Source: Dehalococcoidia bacterium (lineage in GTDB: Bacteria > Chloroflexota > Dehalococcoidia > SM23-28-2). From it: a stretch of DNA of 64,000 nucleotides. Position numbers and translations under genes: made by a program. A model generated the notes under the pieces. It made no database searches, was not told the origin of the DNA, and worked only from the letters and a program-made list of their open reading frames with translations. The stretch's first letter is position 1; each line of letters starts with the position of its first letter. The stretch lies in NCBI GenBank assembly GCA_020356025.1, contig CP070630.1, forward strand, positions 1,311,343 through 1,375,342, written 5' to 3'. This document shows, one piece after another, positions 1 to 8,678 of this stretch.

Positions 1-1231
1 CGTCAGTGAGCTGTGGGTTGACCTGAGGACTTATGGTAGGCGAGGGTGGATCGCCAGCGGTCTCGTAAGGGTTGACGTCCGCCCAGGTACTATCGTCTAA
101 CCTTTGCAGCGTCACCGTCGCCTCGGGAATCGGTTCCTCAGTGACGGCGTCGGTGACGAAGCCGCTGGGATCGATGAGAGTGAGGCTCCCTATAGTAACG
201 ATAATGATGGTGCCGCAGCAATCGATCCGTAGCGTCAGCGTGAACGTATCGCCCTGGCTGCCAGGTGGCGTGGGGAAAGTGACCCGCCAGATGTCGCCGG
301 TAGTCCTGGTCATCTCGTAGGTCTCCAGATAGCCACCAGGGCCGGAGACGATGAGCTCGACACTGTTGGGAACGGGCCCGCCACCGCAGGTAGGAGGACA
401 AACAATGGGTACTTCGATTGTGTTTGAGCCCGTTGCGGGCGGTCGCCTGACGAAGATCGTCTGCGTTTGCGGGTTCTGGCTCGGCGAAAAGCCGTTTACC
501 CTGATCGCTGGCAGGTCAACCACCCCCGGAGCCAGCGACTGCTCCGCCGAGTCTACGTAGACCCAGAAGGCATACAGCATGTCCTCCGTGCCCCTTGCGC
601 TGAAGGAGACGCGAGCCGGTCTCCCCTGATAGGGCGATGTGTCCACCTCCACGACCTGCCAACCAGAGGTCTTGCGAGATGTGTCGCCGCCTGTGCCCCA
701 GGCCTGGGTCTGGAAGGTGCCAATGACGGTATCCGAGTCAGTCAGACGCACCTCCCAGCGAAACTCATCGAATCCCGTGTAGTCGTAGGTCCAGATGTTG
801 TAGGCGAAGCGAAGGACGTTTTCGGTGATGGTGAAGTCCTGGTATAGCTCGTTGGGCCCCATGGGCTGGGTTTCCATGTCCGTCGGCTGTGGGTCGCCCA
901 GGCGGGCCATGTAATCGCCTTCCAGAGGCGTCGCCACCACACTGTCGTCGGCGTTGATGGTGTCACTACCCACCACCGTTACGCTTTCGGTGACCGTACC
1001 AGTGCTCCAACCGGTCAGATCACCTGTCTCAAAGCCCCCATTGGTGACGGCGGCCGACGCCGGCTGGCTGCCGATGCCCGACACGATGAACCACACCGCT
1101 AAGGCGGATAGAAACAGGAGTGACAGCAGGCCGGCCCGGGGCCTCAGGACACCGCCTGCGGCGTGATCTCTTCTGCTGCCCAGAGAGGCTAGCAGGGAAA
1201 AGGACATCCGTTGTGCCTTCCGATTACCCAT
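1..1231 (-). CDS. secreted/cell-surface protein, N-terminal ~410 aa (gene continues beyond the 5' edge of the window)
   Basis: Absent from the ORF track because it has no stop in the window. My translation of the minus strand from ATG 1231 (SD GGAGG at 1237-1241) is open to position 1. It begins MGNRKAQRMSFSLL...LLSLLFLSALAVWFIVSGIGSQPASAAV (signal/anchor helix), followed by NGGFETGDLTGW (jelly-roll/CBM-like opening). Later comes LIDPSGFVTDAVTEEPIPEATVTLQRLDD (carboxypeptidase-regulatory-like beta-sandwich pattern). Confidence 0.6.
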   Translation of the reverse strand, partial: MGNRKAQRMSFSLLASLGSRRDHAAGGVLRPRAGLLSLLFLSALAVWFIVSGIGSQPASAAVTNGGFETGDLTGWSTGTVTESVTVVGSDTINADDSVVATPLEGDYMARLGDPQPTDMETQPMGPNELYQDFTITENVLRFAYNIWTYDYTGFDEFRWEVRLTDSDTVIGTFQTQAWGTGGDTSRKTSGWQVVEVDTSPYQGRPARVSFSARGTEDMLYAFWVYVDSAEQSLAPGVVDLPAIRVNGFSPSQNPQTQTIFVRRPPATGSNTIEVPIVCPPTCGGGPVPNSVELIVSGPGGYLETYEMTRTTGDIWRVTFPTPPGSQGDTFTLTLRIDCCGTIIIVTIGSLTLIDPSGFVTDAVTEEPIPEATVTLQRLDDSTWADVNPYETAGDPPSPTISPQVNPQLTD

Positions 1232-1290
1232 GTCTGCCTCCTCTACGCTCCGATCAGAGCAAACCAGGCCCGTCCAAACTCGCGACGATC

Positions 1291-1342
1291 GACACCAAGT
1301 ATAACCCGCGGGGGATGTAGTTGATCAACCTCGTGTAACCCC
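1291..1342 (-). promoter_or_regulatory. putative promoter of the 1..1231 gene (copy A of a duplicated 52-nt promoter module)
   Basis: Minus strand reads GGTTACACGAGGTTGATCAAC-N-GGTTATACTTG, with a TTGATC -35-like box and a TATACT -10-like box. It aligns without gaps to 1633-1684 (37/52 identical). Confidence 0.45.
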
Positions 1343-1394
1343 GATCTTTGGCCGACGAATCAGGAAGGCTTCCTACCGGGCAGCGAGCATGCGC

Positions 1395-1604
1395 TCAGGC
1401 CGACGCAGACTCCTCTTCTTCCTTCTCGATATTGATCGCTAGCTTGACCACCCGAGCTTCTGCGCCTTCCAGGCCCCAGGCTTCGGCGTCGCGCTTGGCC
1501 TCGTCCCACGTCTCATCCAACCACTTGAGCAGTTCGCGCAGATCGGCCAGGTTCGTGATATCAGGCATGTTGCCTTCGGCAACGTAGCCGGTCAGCTTGA
1601 TCAT
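1395..1604 (-). CDS. small acidic hypothetical protein (69 aa)
   Basis: ORF MIKLTGYVAEGNMPDITNLADLRELLKWLDETWDEAKRD... with strong SD AAGGAGGA upstream and its own promoter copy. No family recognised. Confidence 0.5.
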   Translation of the reverse strand: MIKLTGYVAEGNMPDITNLADLRELLKWLDETWDEAKRDAEAWGLEGAEARVVKLAINIEKEEEESASA

Positions 1605-1632
1605 TCCGTTTCCTCCTTAGCCCGTGACAGTT

Positions 1633-1684
1633 GGCAACAAGTATAACCTGCGATGGTAGCCGTTGGTCAACCTTCTGTTACCTG
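1633..1684 (-). promoter_or_regulatory. putative promoter of the 69-aa ORF (copy B of the duplicated module)
   Basis: Minus strand reads GGTAACAGAAGGTTGACCAAC-N-GGTTATACTTG, with the same spacing as copy A. Confidence 0.45.
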
Positions 1685-1737
1685 GCTCTTCAGCAACTGC
1701 CCCACGCGTGTCTGTGCGAGCCGCCACCTACACTCAC

Positions 1738-4509
1738 CTACTGCATCTCCCCCCAGTTCGGGCCGCTCTTTATGTCCACCTTCAGGGGAACCTTCATCTC
1801 CAGGGAACGAGGCATAATACTCACCGCCAGCTCTCGCACAGCGTCGACCTCCCTGGCCGGGCACTCGAAGATCAGCTCGTCGTGCACCTGGAGGATCATG
1901 CGGCTGGCCAGACCGCGCGCCTGCATCTCGGCGTCGATGCGGTTCATGGCGATCTTGATGATATCGGCGGCGGTGCCCTGCACCGGCATGTTTATCGCTG
2001 CCCGCTCGGCCGCCTGGCGGACGTTCACGTTGGCGGAGTTGATCTCGGGGATGTAGCGGCGGCGGCCCAGAAGCGTTTCGGCGTAGCCCCGCTCACGCGT
2101 CCGCTGCACCGTCTCCTCGCTGTACTTGCGGATGCCGGGGTACTTGGCGAAGTAGGTCTTGATGAACTCCGCCGCCTCCTCCCGCGAGATGCCTTCCCGT
2201 TGGGACAGCCCGAACTCGGTGAGCCCATACAGTACGCCGAAATTGAACACCTTGGCTCGCCGTCGCATCTCCGGCGTCACTTCAGACAGAGGCACGCCGA
2301 ACACCTGGGAGGCGGTGGCGGCGTGGATGTCCTCGTCCCGCTCGAAGGCACCGACCAGCCCGGGGTCCTCGGTGATGTGGGCCATGATCCGCAGCTCGAT
2401 TTGGGAGTAGTCGGCCGAGAGAAGCAGGGGGTCGGGCCCGATGTCGCCAGCCACGAAGGCCCGCCGCACCTGGCCGCCAAGCTCCGTGCGCACGGGGATG
2501 TTCTGGAGGTTGGGGTTGCTGGAGGAGAGACGACCGGTGGCTGTTGTCGTCTGGTTGAAGTCAGTGTGGAGGCGACCTGTGCGGGGGTTGATCAGGCCGG
2601 GCAAGGCATCGACGTAGGTGGACTTGAGCTTGGTGAGCTCTCGATATTCGTGAATCTGGTCGACGATGGGATGGAGCCCCCGCAGGCCCTCCAGGGACTG
2701 GGCGTCTGTGGAGTATCCCAGCTTCGTCTTGCGCGTCTTGGGCAGCCCCATCTGCTCGAAGAGCACCTGGCTGAGCTGCTGAGGCGAGCCGATGTTGAAC
2801 CGGTGGCCCACTTGCCCGCAGATCTCCTCCTCGACCCTGGCGACCTCGCCAGTCAGCGTCTGAGACATCTCCCGCAGCACCGCCACGTCCAAGGCCACCC
2901 CCGCCATCTCCATGCGGGCCAGTACCGGCACCAGCGGCATCTCCACCTCCACGAACAGCGACCAAAGATGCTGCTGGCGCAGCTCATTCTCCATCAGCGA
3001 GCGCAGACGGCCGGTCATGTCGGCGTCAGCGCAGGCGTAGCGGCCGGCCATCTCCACGTCCACATCGGCCATGGAGATCTGCTTGCTCCCCTTGCCGATG
3101 AGCTCGCTGATGGGAGTCATCTCGATGCCCAGACACTTGGAGACCAGCCACTTGAGGGAGAGAGCGCCCTCGCCGCGGCGATAGCTGCCGCCGCCACCCT
3201 CGCCCACCAGATAGGCGGCGATCATCGTGTCGAAGGTCAGGTTGCGGGTCCAGACCCCCTCGCCGGCCAGGACCAGCATGTCGTACTTGGCGTTGTGGGC
3301 GACCTTCTCGATGCCCTCGTCCTCGAACAAGGGCCCCAGCCGCCACAGCACCGTCTCTAGCGAAAGTTGGTTGGCGGCCAGACGATGGCCGACGGGGATG
3401 TAGTGCGCCTGGCCCGTCTCCAGAGCGATGGCGATGCCCACCAGCCGGGCACGCATGGCGTCGATGTCGGTGGTCTCCGTGTCGAAGGTGAACGACTTCT
3501 GCGCCTCGATGCGCCGCGCCAGGGCCTCCAGTTCCTCCTCTGTCTGCACCAGACGATAGTCCACCTCAACGGCAGCTTCTTTCGTCGCCGGTTCCGGCGC
3601 TTCTTCCTCCGCCGCCGGCTCGGCGTCGGGCAGGCGGGGGATCAGGCTGCGGAACTCCAGTTCGCGGAAGAGGTCGAGCACCTTGTCGCGGTCGTAGCGG
3701 TCGGAGCGACAGGCCTCCAGATCCAGGGTGACGGGGGCATCAGTGACGATGGTGGCCAGGGCCTTGCTCTTGAGCGCCTGCTCACGGTGGGCGCGCAGGG
3801 CCTCCCGCAGTCGCGCCGGCTCCACCTCATCGACGTGCTCCAGGACGCCTTCCACGTCCCCGTACTGCTGGAGCAGCTTGACAGCGGTCTTGTCGCCCAC
3901 GCCGGGCACGCCGGGGATGTTGTCGGAAGGATCGCCCTTGAGGCCTTTGAGGTCGGTCATCTGCTGGGGCCATACGCCGTAGCGCTCCTGCACGTCCTCG
4001 GGCTCCTTGTACACCACCGTGTCGCGCTGGTAGGGGCGAAACATGAAGAGATGGACGCCCTGCTGCACTAGCTGGGCGATGTCGCTGTCCAGGGACACCA
4101 GATACGTCTCGATGCCCTGCTCCGCTGCCTGGCGCGCCAGGGTGCCGAGCACGTCATCGGCCTCGTAGCCCTCCAGTTCGTAGATAGGAATCCCGAACGT
4201 CTGGATGAGCTCACGGCAACGCCCCATCTGAGCCCGCAGGTCCTCCGGCATCTCAACGCGGTGGGCCTTGTAGGTGGGCTCCTGCTCGTGGCGGAAGGTG
4301 ATCTTCCCCTTGTCCAGGGCCGCCGCCAAGTGAGTGGGTTTCAGCTCCTGGAGGACGGAGAGCAGTGTGCTGGCGAAGCCATAAGCGGCCGTCACCACCT
4401 CGCCCGTCTTGCGCACAGTGAGAGGCTCCTTCACGGCGTGATAGGCGCGGTGGATGATACCGTGGCCGTCCAGAAGAACCAGCAGGGGCTTATCGCGCTT
4501 CCCGCTCAC
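1738..4509 (-). CDS. polA: DNA polymerase I
   Basis: 934-aa ORF (1738..4542) with a 5'-3' exonuclease N-terminus (LLVLLDGHGIIHRAYHA), a 3'-5' exo domain and a family-A polymerase C-terminus (SADYSQIELRIMAH, QVHDELIFE). I place the start at GTG 4509 because an extended -10 TGCTATAAT sits 6 nt upstream. The ATG at 4542 is the alternative. Confidence 0.95.
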   Translation of the reverse strand: MSGKRDKPLLVLLDGHGIIHRAYHAVKEPLTVRKTGEVVTAAYGFASTLLSVLQELKPTHLAAALDKGKITFRHEQEPTYKAHRVEMPEDLRAQMGRCRELIQTFGIPIYELEGYEADDVLGTLARQAAEQGIETYLVSLDSDIAQLVQQGVHLFMFRPYQRDTVVYKEPEDVQERYGVWPQQMTDLKGLKGDPSDNIPGVPGVGDKTAVKLLQQYGDVEGVLEHVDEVEPARLREALRAHREQALKSKALATIVTDAPVTLDLEACRSDRYDRDKVLDLFRELEFRSLIPRLPDAEPAAEEEAPEPATKEAAVEVDYRLVQTEEELEALARRIEAQKSFTFDTETTDIDAMRARLVGIAIALETGQAHYIPVGHRLAANQLSLETVLWRLGPLFEDEGIEKVAHNAKYDMLVLAGEGVWTRNLTFDTMIAAYLVGEGGGGSYRRGEGALSLKWLVSKCLGIEMTPISELIGKGSKQISMADVDVEMAGRYACADADMTGRLRSLMENELRQQHLWSLFVEVEMPLVPVLARMEMAGVALDVAVLREMSQTLTGEVARVEEEICGQVGHRFNIGSPQQLSQVLFEQMGLPKTRKTKLGYSTDAQSLEGLRGLHPIVDQIHEYRELTKLKSTYVDALPGLINPRTGRLHTDFNQTTTATGRLSSSNPNLQNIPVRTELGGQVRRAFVAGDIGPDPLLLSADYSQIELRIMAHITEDPGLVGAFERDEDIHAATASQVFGVPLSEVTPEMRRRAKVFNFGVLYGLTEFGLSQREGISREEAAEFIKTYFAKYPGIRKYSEETVQRTRERGYAETLLGRRRYIPEINSANVNVRQAAERAAINMPVQGTAADIIKIAMNRIDAEMQARGLASRMILQVHDELIFECPAREVDAVRELAVSIMPRSLEMKVPLKVDIKSGPNWGEMQ

Positions 4510-4515
4510 AAGCGG

Positions 4516-4524
4516 ATTATAGCA
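4516..4524 (-). promoter_or_regulatory. extended -10 box TGCTATAAT of polA (probable leaderless transcript)
   Basis: Minus strand reads GGTGCTATAATCCGCTTGTG. The hexamer ends 6 nt before the in-frame GTG at 4509. Confidence 0.5.
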
Positions 4525-4612
4525 CCGCCGGCTTCGCGCCACACCGTACTCCCAAACCTATGGCGTTCCCCTGCGATGCCACATCCTTTAGGATGAACTG
4601 GGAACCACGATC

Positions 4613-5335
4613 TTGGCGAAGCTGCGCTGGCGTGAGCGAGAACTGGTGTGCCGCTTCTACGGCCCCTCGGCCGTGGGCGAGTTGGAGCGGCGCTTTCTGG
4701 AGGCCATCGAGCACCTGGTGCGCCCCGGCGACCGCGTGCTGGACGCCGGCTGCGGCAGCGGCCGCCGCTTCGCCTACGACCTGCGAGGCCGCGCCAGCCT
4801 CACCGTGGGGGTGGATATCAGCCCCGACGTAGCTCACAACCCCAACATCGATGCGCCGCTGCGGGGAAGCCTCGCCGCCCTCCCATTCGCCAGCGAGACC
4901 TTCGACCTCATTATCTGCAAGCACGTGCTGGAGCACCTAGAGCAGCCCGAGTCGGCCCTCCGCGAGCTGGCCCGCATCCTCAGGCCCCACGGGCGGCTCC
5001 TGATCCTGACCCCCAACCGCTTCCACTACGTCCCTCTTCTGGCATCCCTCCTGCCTCAGCGCGTGCACCGCCTGGTCGCCAGCGGCCGCGGCCTCACGCC
5101 GGAGGAGGTTCACCCCACCGCCTATCGAGCCAACACGCCCCGCCGCCTGCGATGGCTGGCCCGCCAGGTTGGCCTGCGGGTCGCCGTGCTGCGCCTGTTC
5201 GAGACGCCGCCCGTCTACCTGGCCTTCCACCCCCTGGCTTTCGCCCTCGGCGTCGCCTACGAGAGGCTGGTCAATCGATTCGAGATCCTGGCGCCGCTGC
5301 GGGTGAACCTGCTGGCGGTGCTGCGCAAACCGTAG
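4613..5335 (+). CDS. class I SAM-dependent methyltransferase
   Basis: VLDAGCGSGR glycine-rich SAM motif and DLIICKHVLEHL motif. TTG start. Confidence 0.8.
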   Translation: MAKLRWRERELVCRFYGPSAVGELERRFLEAIEHLVRPGDRVLDAGCGSGRRFAYDLRGRASLTVGVDISPDVAHNPNIDAPLRGSLAALPFASETFDLIICKHVLEHLEQPESALRELARILRPHGRLLILTPNRFHYVPLLASLLPQRVHRLVASGRGLTPEEVHPTAYRANTPRRLRWLARQVGLRVAVLRLFETPPVYLAFHPLAFALGVAYERLVNRFEILAPLRVNLLAVLRKP

Positions 5336-5355
5336 GCGAGCGGACAAGCCTTCTG

Positions 5356-5385
5356 TTGACTTGCCGAAAAGGCAGGGCTTATGAT
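5356..5385 (+). promoter_or_regulatory. putative sigma70-type promoter of the E1/CoA-transferase operon
   Basis: TTGACT (5356-5361), 18 nt spacer, TATGAT (5380-5385). The ORF-track ATG at 5381 lies inside this -10 box, which supports the downstream start at 5411. Confidence 0.5.
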
Positions 5386-5410
5386 TCCTCTGCCCAGCAA
5401 GGAGGAAACT

Positions 5411-6373
5411 ATGGACATCCCCAGGGAAAAGCTCATCGAAATGTACGAGCGCATGGTGACCATCCGCCAGTTCGAGGAGGGGGCTGCCGGCCTGATGCGC
5501 GACGGCCGCATCAAGGGTTTCATCCACCTCTATGCCGGTGAGGAAGCGGTGGCAGTAGGGGCCTGCTTCACTCTCGGCAAGGACGACTACATCGCCAGCA
5601 CCCACCGCGGTCACGGCCACCTCATCGCCAAGGGCGGCGACCCTAAGAACATGTACGCCGAGCTCTTCGGCGGCCGGGACGGCTACTGCCACGGCAAGGG
5701 AGGCTCCATGCACATCGCCGATCTGGACCTGGGCATTCTGGGGGCCAACGGCATCGTCGGAGCCGGCCCACCGATCGCCGTGGGGGCTGCCTTCGCCGCC
5801 CAGTACAAGGGCGAGCGAGGGGTTTCCCTCTGCTTCTTCGGAGACGGCGCCACCAATCAGGGCACCATCCACGAGGCCATGAACATGGCCGCCGTCCTCA
5901 AGTTGCCCGTCGTCTTCATCTGCGAAAACAACCTCTACGGCGAGTACACCCGCCAGGACCGCCATCAGACCGTCAAGGACATCGCCGAGCGGGCCAAGGC
6001 CTACGCCATGCCAGGCGTCACCGTGGACGGCATGGACGTGCTGGCCGTCCATGAGACCGTCGGCGAAGCAGTGGAGCGAGCCCGCCGCGGCGAGGGGCCC
6101 TCCCTCGTCGAGTGCAAGACCTACCGCTACTTCGACCACCAGGGGGTGGGCGACGGCGTCGCCGACCGATCAGCCGAGGAGATCGAGGAGTGGCGGGCAA
6201 AGGACGCCATCGTGCGCTTCCGCCGCCACCTTATCCAGACGGAGGCCCTAACCGAGGCGGAAGCCGAGGATATCGACCGGCGAGTGGCCGCCCGCATCGA
6301 GAAGGCCATCGCCTTCGCCGAAGCCAGCCCGCCGCCGACAGAGGACGAGCTGCTGACCGACGTGTACGCCTGA
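5411..6373 (+). CDS. thiamine-diphosphate-dependent 2-oxoacid/acetoin dehydrogenase E1 component, alpha subunit
   Basis: E1-alpha pattern (RQFEE..., YAGEEAVAVG, GKGGSMH, GDGATNQG TPP-binding motif). Start moved to ATG 5411 behind the strong SD AAGGAGGA. Confidence 0.9.
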   Translation: MDIPREKLIEMYERMVTIRQFEEGAAGLMRDGRIKGFIHLYAGEEAVAVGACFTLGKDDYIASTHRGHGHLIAKGGDPKNMYAELFGGRDGYCHGKGGSMHIADLDLGILGANGIVGAGPPIAVGAAFAAQYKGERGVSLCFFGDGATNQGTIHEAMNMAAVLKLPVVFICENNLYGEYTRQDRHQTVKDIAERAKAYAMPGVTVDGMDVLAVHETVGEAVERARRGEGPSLVECKTYRYFDHQGVGDGVADRSAEEIEEWRAKDAIVRFRRHLIQTEALTEAEAEDIDRRVAARIEKAIAFAEASPPPTEDELLTDVYA

Positions 6374-6392
6374 GAGCACGAGGAGCAACACT

Positions 6393-7373
6393 ATGCGACC
6401 CATCATCTATCTCATGGCCCTCAATGAAGCCCTCCAGCAGGAGATGGAACGCGACCCCACCGTCTTCGTCACCGGCGAGGACGTGGGCCAGCATCCACCC
6501 ATGGGGGTCACCCTGGGTATGCTTCAGAAGTTCGGCCCCCAGCGGGTGGTCGACACCCCCATCTCCGAATCGGCCATCCTCGGCCTGGCCGTGGGAGCGG
6601 CGGCCGCCGGCCTGCGCCCGGTGGTTGAGATCATGTTCTTGGACTTCCTCTTTGTGGCCTTCGACCAGGTCATCAACCAGATGGCCAAGATGCGCTACAT
6701 GTTTGGCGGCAAGGCCAAGCTGCCCATCGTCGTGCGCTGCCCCTGCGGCGGCGGCTACCAGATGGCCGCCCAGCACTCCCAGAGCCTGGAGGCCATGCTC
6801 TGCCACATCCCCGGCCTTAAGGTGGTCATGCCAGCCACCCCCTACAACGCCAAGGGCCTCCTTACGGCCGCCATCCGCGACGACAACCCCGTCTTTTGCC
6901 TAGAGCACAAGAAGTGCTACACCATGGCCGGCGACGTGCCCCAGGAGCAGTACGAACTGCCTCTGGGCATAGCGGAGGTCAAGCGGCCAGGGAGCGACGT
7001 CACCATCGTGGCAACGTCTTACATGGTGCATGAGGCCCTGAAAGCCGCCGAAGAGCTGGCCGGGCGGGGCATCGAGGCGGAGGTGATAGACCCCCGCACG
7101 CTGCTGCCCCTGGACATGGACACCATCCTCAAGTCCGTGCGCAAGACGCATCGAGTGGTGGTCGTGCACGAGGCTGTGAAGTTCTGCGGTTTCGGGGCGG
7201 AGATCGCCGCCCAGGTCGCCGAGGCGGCCTTCGATGCCCTCGAAGCGCCTCCCCTGCGGGTCGCTGCCCCGTTCTGCCCTGTCCCCTTCAGCGCCCCCCT
7301 GGAAGAGGCCTACCTCCCCAACGCCCAGAACATCGTCGAGGCCGTATCGTCGGTGACGCCAGCCAAGGCCTGA
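6393..7373 (+). CDS. 2-oxoacid/acetoin dehydrogenase E1 component, beta subunit
   Basis: Transketolase-like pyrimidine-binding and C-terminal domains (RVVDTPISESAILGLAVGAA, HSQSLEAM). Lies directly after the alpha subunit. Confidence 0.9.
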   Translation: MRPIIYLMALNEALQQEMERDPTVFVTGEDVGQHPPMGVTLGMLQKFGPQRVVDTPISESAILGLAVGAAAAGLRPVVEIMFLDFLFVAFDQVINQMAKMRYMFGGKAKLPIVVRCPCGGGYQMAAQHSQSLEAMLCHIPGLKVVMPATPYNAKGLLTAAIRDDNPVFCLEHKKCYTMAGDVPQEQYELPLGIAEVKRPGSDVTIVATSYMVHEALKAAEELAGRGIEAEVIDPRTLLPLDMDTILKSVRKTHRVVVVHEAVKFCGFGAEIAAQVAEAAFDALEAPPLRVAAPFCPVPFSAPLEEAYLPNAQNIVEAVSSVTPAKA

Positions 7374-7374
7374 T

Positions 7375-8658
7375 ATGCCAGCCCTTCCCCTCGCCCTTGA
7401 TGACATCCGTGTTCTCGACCTGGCAGGCGAGCCAGGCATGTACTGCGGCAAGCTGCTGGCCGAGCTGGGAGCAGACGTCGTCAAGATCGAGCCGCCGGGC
7501 GGTGACCCGGCTCGCCACATCGAGCCCTTCTTCCACGACGAGGTTGATCCCGACAAAAGCCTCTACTTCTTCGGCCTCAACTCCAGCAAGCGCTCCATAA
7601 CCCTTGACATCGCCACCGCCGACGGCCAGGCTTTGTTCAAACGGCTGCTGCCCACAGCCGACGTGGTCGTGGAGACCTTCCCGCCCGGCTATCTCGAGAG
7701 CATCGGCCTGGGATACGACACCCTCAGCCAGATCAAGCCCGATATCATCCACTGCTCCATCACCGGCTTCGGCCAGTGGGGACCGCACAGCCACTACCAG
7801 GCGCCGGACATCGTGGCCATCGCCATGAGCGGCATGATGTACCTCGCCGGCTTCCCCGGCGAGGCGCCCGACCGACCGTACGGCAATCAGACCAACTACT
7901 GCGCCTCCATCCAAGCCACCACCGGCATCCTCATGGCCCTCCTGCATCGGGACGCCACTGGCGAGGGCCAGCAGGTGGAGGTGTCCATGCAGGAGGCGCT
8001 GTTACTCAATCAGGAGACAGCCGTCCCGTACTGGGACATCCGCAAGGACCTGCGGGGACGAGTGGGGAACGAGCGGCGGCTGCCGGGCATCGGTGTCTAC
8101 GAGTGCCAGGACGGCTACGCCATGCTCATGGTGGGCGTGCCGGGCTTCGGCTCCCCCTGGCCAGAGCTCATGCGCTGGATGGCCGACGAGGGCAAGGCCG
8201 AGGACCTGCTCGAGGAGCGATGGAAGAATCTGTTCGCCCAGCTCGACATGCGTCTCATAGCCGAGATCTACTTCGGCACCGACGCCGAGCTGGTGGAAAC
8301 CTGGGTGCCCCGCCTGTCCCACATCGACGAGGTTCTGGTGAGGTTTGTCAAGGACTATACCAAGGAGCACCTCTATGAGGAGGGACAGCGGCGGGGACTG
8401 CTGGTGGCGCCCGTGAACACCCCCCAGGACGTAGTGGCGAACCCTCAGCTCAACCACCGCCGCTGGTTCACACCGGCGGAGCACCACGAGCTGGCGACTA
8501 CCATTACTTACGCCGGCCCGCCCTACCGGTTCGGCGAGACCCCCTGGCGCATTCACCGCCCGCCCCGCATCGGCGAGCACAACCAGGAGATCTACTGCGG
8601 CGAGTTGGGCCTATCCCAGGAACAACTGGCGGCCCTCACTGACGCCGGGATTATCTGA
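7375..8658 (+). CDS. family III CoA-transferase (CaiB/BaiF/Frc family), copy 1
   Basis: N-terminal IRVLDLAGEPGMYCGKLLAELGADVVKIEPPGGDP signature. ATG lies 1 nt after the E1-beta stop. Confidence 0.9.
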   Translation: MPALPLALDDIRVLDLAGEPGMYCGKLLAELGADVVKIEPPGGDPARHIEPFFHDEVDPDKSLYFFGLNSSKRSITLDIATADGQALFKRLLPTADVVVETFPPGYLESIGLGYDTLSQIKPDIIHCSITGFGQWGPHSHYQAPDIVAIAMSGMMYLAGFPGEAPDRPYGNQTNYCASIQATTGILMALLHRDATGEGQQVEVSMQEALLLNQETAVPYWDIRKDLRGRVGNERRLPGIGVYECQDGYAMLMVGVPGFGSPWPELMRWMADEGKAEDLLEERWKNLFAQLDMRLIAEIYFGTDAELVETWVPRLSHIDEVLVRFVKDYTKEHLYEEGQRRGLLVAPVNTPQDVVANPQLNHRRWFTPAEHHELATTITYAGPPYRFGETPWRIHRPPRIGEHNQEIYCGELGLSQEQLAALTDAGII

Positions 8659-8678
8659 GGCCGAAGGAGATCAGTCTA

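Noticed and set aside
1663-3360. 565-aa plus-strand ORF (and several shorter ones) lying antisense to polA
   Set aside because: The composition is Gly/Arg/His/Leu/Pro-rich with no recognisable motifs, whereas the opposite strand encodes an unmistakable DNA polymerase I. This is a typical high-GC shadow ORF.
4937-6139. 400-aa minus-strand ORF across the methyltransferase / E1-alpha region. Similar cases: 32217..32831 (+), 34054..35109 (+), 37385..38122 (-), 44267..44941 (-), 50680..51849 (+), 53332..54510 (+), 54492..55892 (+), 62121..62882 (-)
   Set aside because: All lie opposite or out of frame to genes with strong family signatures. They have Gly/Arg/Ala/His-biased composition and lack SD and promoter context.
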